NCBI RefSeq assembly: GCF_009914755.1
Contig: NC_060932.1
DNA: 64,000 nucleotides
Source: the human T2T-CHM13v2.0 reference genome, Homo sapiens
Strand: one strand, 5' to 3'
Shown: positions 62,073 through 64,000 of the stretch, piece by piece
Layout of the letters: every line of letters begins with the position of its first letter
Numbering within the stretch: the stretch's first letter is position 1
Made by a program: the position numbers and the translations under genes
The notes under the pieces: model-generated
Databases searched by the model: none
What the model was told of the DNA's origin: nothing
Seen by the model: only the letters and a program-made list of their open reading frames with translations

Positions 62073-62754
62073 AACATGGGATCTAAGGACAGAGTGGTGA
62101 GGCACCCCAGCTCTAATTTGTAAAAATCCCAGTGACAGGCTAGACACAGAGGACTGACTGGCTTGGCAGCTTTGCCAGTCAACCTTCCCTTCAACTGTCC
62201 ATCTGAGCAGGAACTCAAGCTATTACACAAGCAGACAAGGGAAAGAGCTTTAACTTAGGGAAGAATTGGAAAGTGTTCCAGAAGGGGGTGTTGGGTCCAG
62301 AAAATTTGATATTTTTATTTTCCAAAATAATAAGACACAATACCTGTAATATTTAATGTTTATTTTACCAAATCATTATACTACAGGTAATATATTTTGG
62401 CAGAGGTAGGATAGATAAAGGGAAATACAGAAGAACTTCACTAGTGAATATGCAGTCAATTTTGCATAGTAAGCGACAACATTAACTGGTGTACAGATGA
62501 CTTAGAGTGAACGGTGAAAAGGGCCTGGGATCCATTTACCTGTTCAGTGGAGTTTGGAAACCAGTAGCAGCTGGCGAAAGGACATTTTTTGTAAGGGGAG
62601 TGACTAAGGCAGATGCTGAAGATGGAGAAGGATGTGTGTGTGGCTGGCTGGCCGGCTTGTGGAATGGCAAGAGGCTGGTGAAGTGGAGTGAGCAAGGGAG
62701 AGGGCACTAGTGAAGTAAGACAAATACAGGGGAGCTACAACACAGGGGCCCTGT

Positions 62755-62905
62755 GCCACTCAAGTGTGATCCTGAGACCCTGCAGCATCAGCATCCTCTG
62801 CAAACATGGTAGTAATGCAGAATCTTAGGTCTCATCTCGACCTCTACAATCACAACCTGCATTTTAACAAGGTCCTCAGGCGATTCTCAGACATTAAATT
62901 TTAAG
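62755..62905. mobile_element. MER5A-like (hAT-Charlie)
   Basis: gcagcatcagcatc...aatgcagaatct...ctgcattttaacaag. Confidence 0.75.
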
Positions 62906-62945
62906 GAGCATCATCCATTGAAAAACTTCGGATTTTACTTTGGGA

Positions 62946-63130
62946 CAGTGGTTGGCTGCCCATGATAGTGGTTGGAAGAATGGGGGGGCTGTGGTCTTTT
63001 AAAAATACTGATGCCTTAGCCCCACACCCAGAAATTCTAGTTTAATTGGTGTGGAGTGAGGCTTGGGCATTGGGATTTTTATACTCCCCTGGTGATTCTA
63101 ATGTGCAGTAAGGGTTGAGGATGGCTACTG
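62946..63130. mobile_element. MER5-family (hAT-Charlie)
   Basis: ttaaaaatactgatgcc...ggtgattctaatgtgcag...gggttgag. Confidence 0.75.
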
Positions 63131-63284
63131 CAAGTAACATAATTTGACTTTGTTTCAAAAAGGATCACCTACACTTGCTGCTGTGTTAAGAGAAGATTGT
63201 ATGAAGTCAAGAATAGAGATAAGCATGAGAATAATGGACAAAATCCAATTCATAGCAAGAAGAAAAGTTTTAAATTGGCATAGG

Positions 63285-64000
63285 ACTTCTATCACTATGT
63301 CAAATAAAAGTGGCAAGAGTGGTCATCCTTGCCTTGTTCCTTATTTTGGAGCAAAACCTTTAAGTTTTTTTGTTTTTTGTTTTTTAACCATTGAGATCAT
63401 GTTAGCTGTGAGTTTTTCTTACAGTCTTTACTCTGTTGAGGTAAATTCCTTCAATGACTGGTATGTTGAGATATTTTATCATGAAAGTGTGTTAAATTTT
63501 GTCAAGTGCTTTTTCTGCATCTATTGAGGGATAATGTGATTTTTATCCTTCATTGTGTTAATTGTAGATCTCTCGCATTAATGAATTTGCATAGGTTGAA
63601 CCATCTTTGCATCCCAGGGAAAAATTCCACTTGGTCATGGCGAATGGTCCTCTTAGTGCACTGTTGAATTTGGTTTGCTTAGCATTGTGTTGAGGGTTTT
63701 TGCAGCTATGTTTCTTAGGGATATTGGCCAGTGGGTTTTTTTTCTTTCTTTCTTTCTTTTTTTTTTTTTTTTTTTTTTTCTTCCTGTAGGATCTTTATTT
63801 GCCTTTGGTATCAGGGTAATGCCAGCATCAGAAAATCGGTTTGGAAGTGTTTTCTCCTCTTCAATGTTTTGGAAGAGTTTAAGAAGCATTGGTGTTAATT
63901 CTTTAAAGTCTTAGCAGAATTTGCCAGTGAAACCATCTCATCCTTGGCTTTTCTTTGATGGGAGATTTTTGGTTACTGATTCAATCTCCTAATTAATTCA
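63285..64000 (-). mobile_element. L1M ORF2 fragment continuing past the window end
   Basis: Translated fragment LLKLFQNIEEEKTLPNRFSDAGITLIPK...PISLRNI. Confidence 0.88.

Overview
Primate (human-like) AT-rich non-coding DNA, either intronic or intergenic, and mostly made of transposable-element relics. I found no recognisable protein-coding exon, CpG island or prokaryote-type system. The computed ORFs are translations of Alu, LINE-1 or microsatellite sequence, or chance ORFs. Main contents: (1) a full-length but decayed L1PA8-PA10-like element (16860-23160) with target-site duplications (TSDs); (2) an old L1MA9-like element (27763-34683) that keeps its TSDs, lacks ORF1 and hosts five nested insertions; (3) 11 Alus; (4) MaLR/ERV LTRs, Tigger, hAT and piggyBac (MER75) DNA-transposon relics, L2s and MIRs; (5) a U1 snRNA retro-pseudogene. 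The most interesting structure is a minus-strand composite of U1, a 3'-box-like linker, an Alu and a GAA-rich microsatellite tail, enclosed by one 10-bp TSD pair, so it appears to have inserted as one unit. Also notable are tail-less internal L1 fragments and several small direct-plus-inverted repeat scars that resemble templated-insertion repair. Subfamily names come from recalled consensus sequences, not an alignment, and boundaries of old repeats are approximate. I cannot support a new biological system here.
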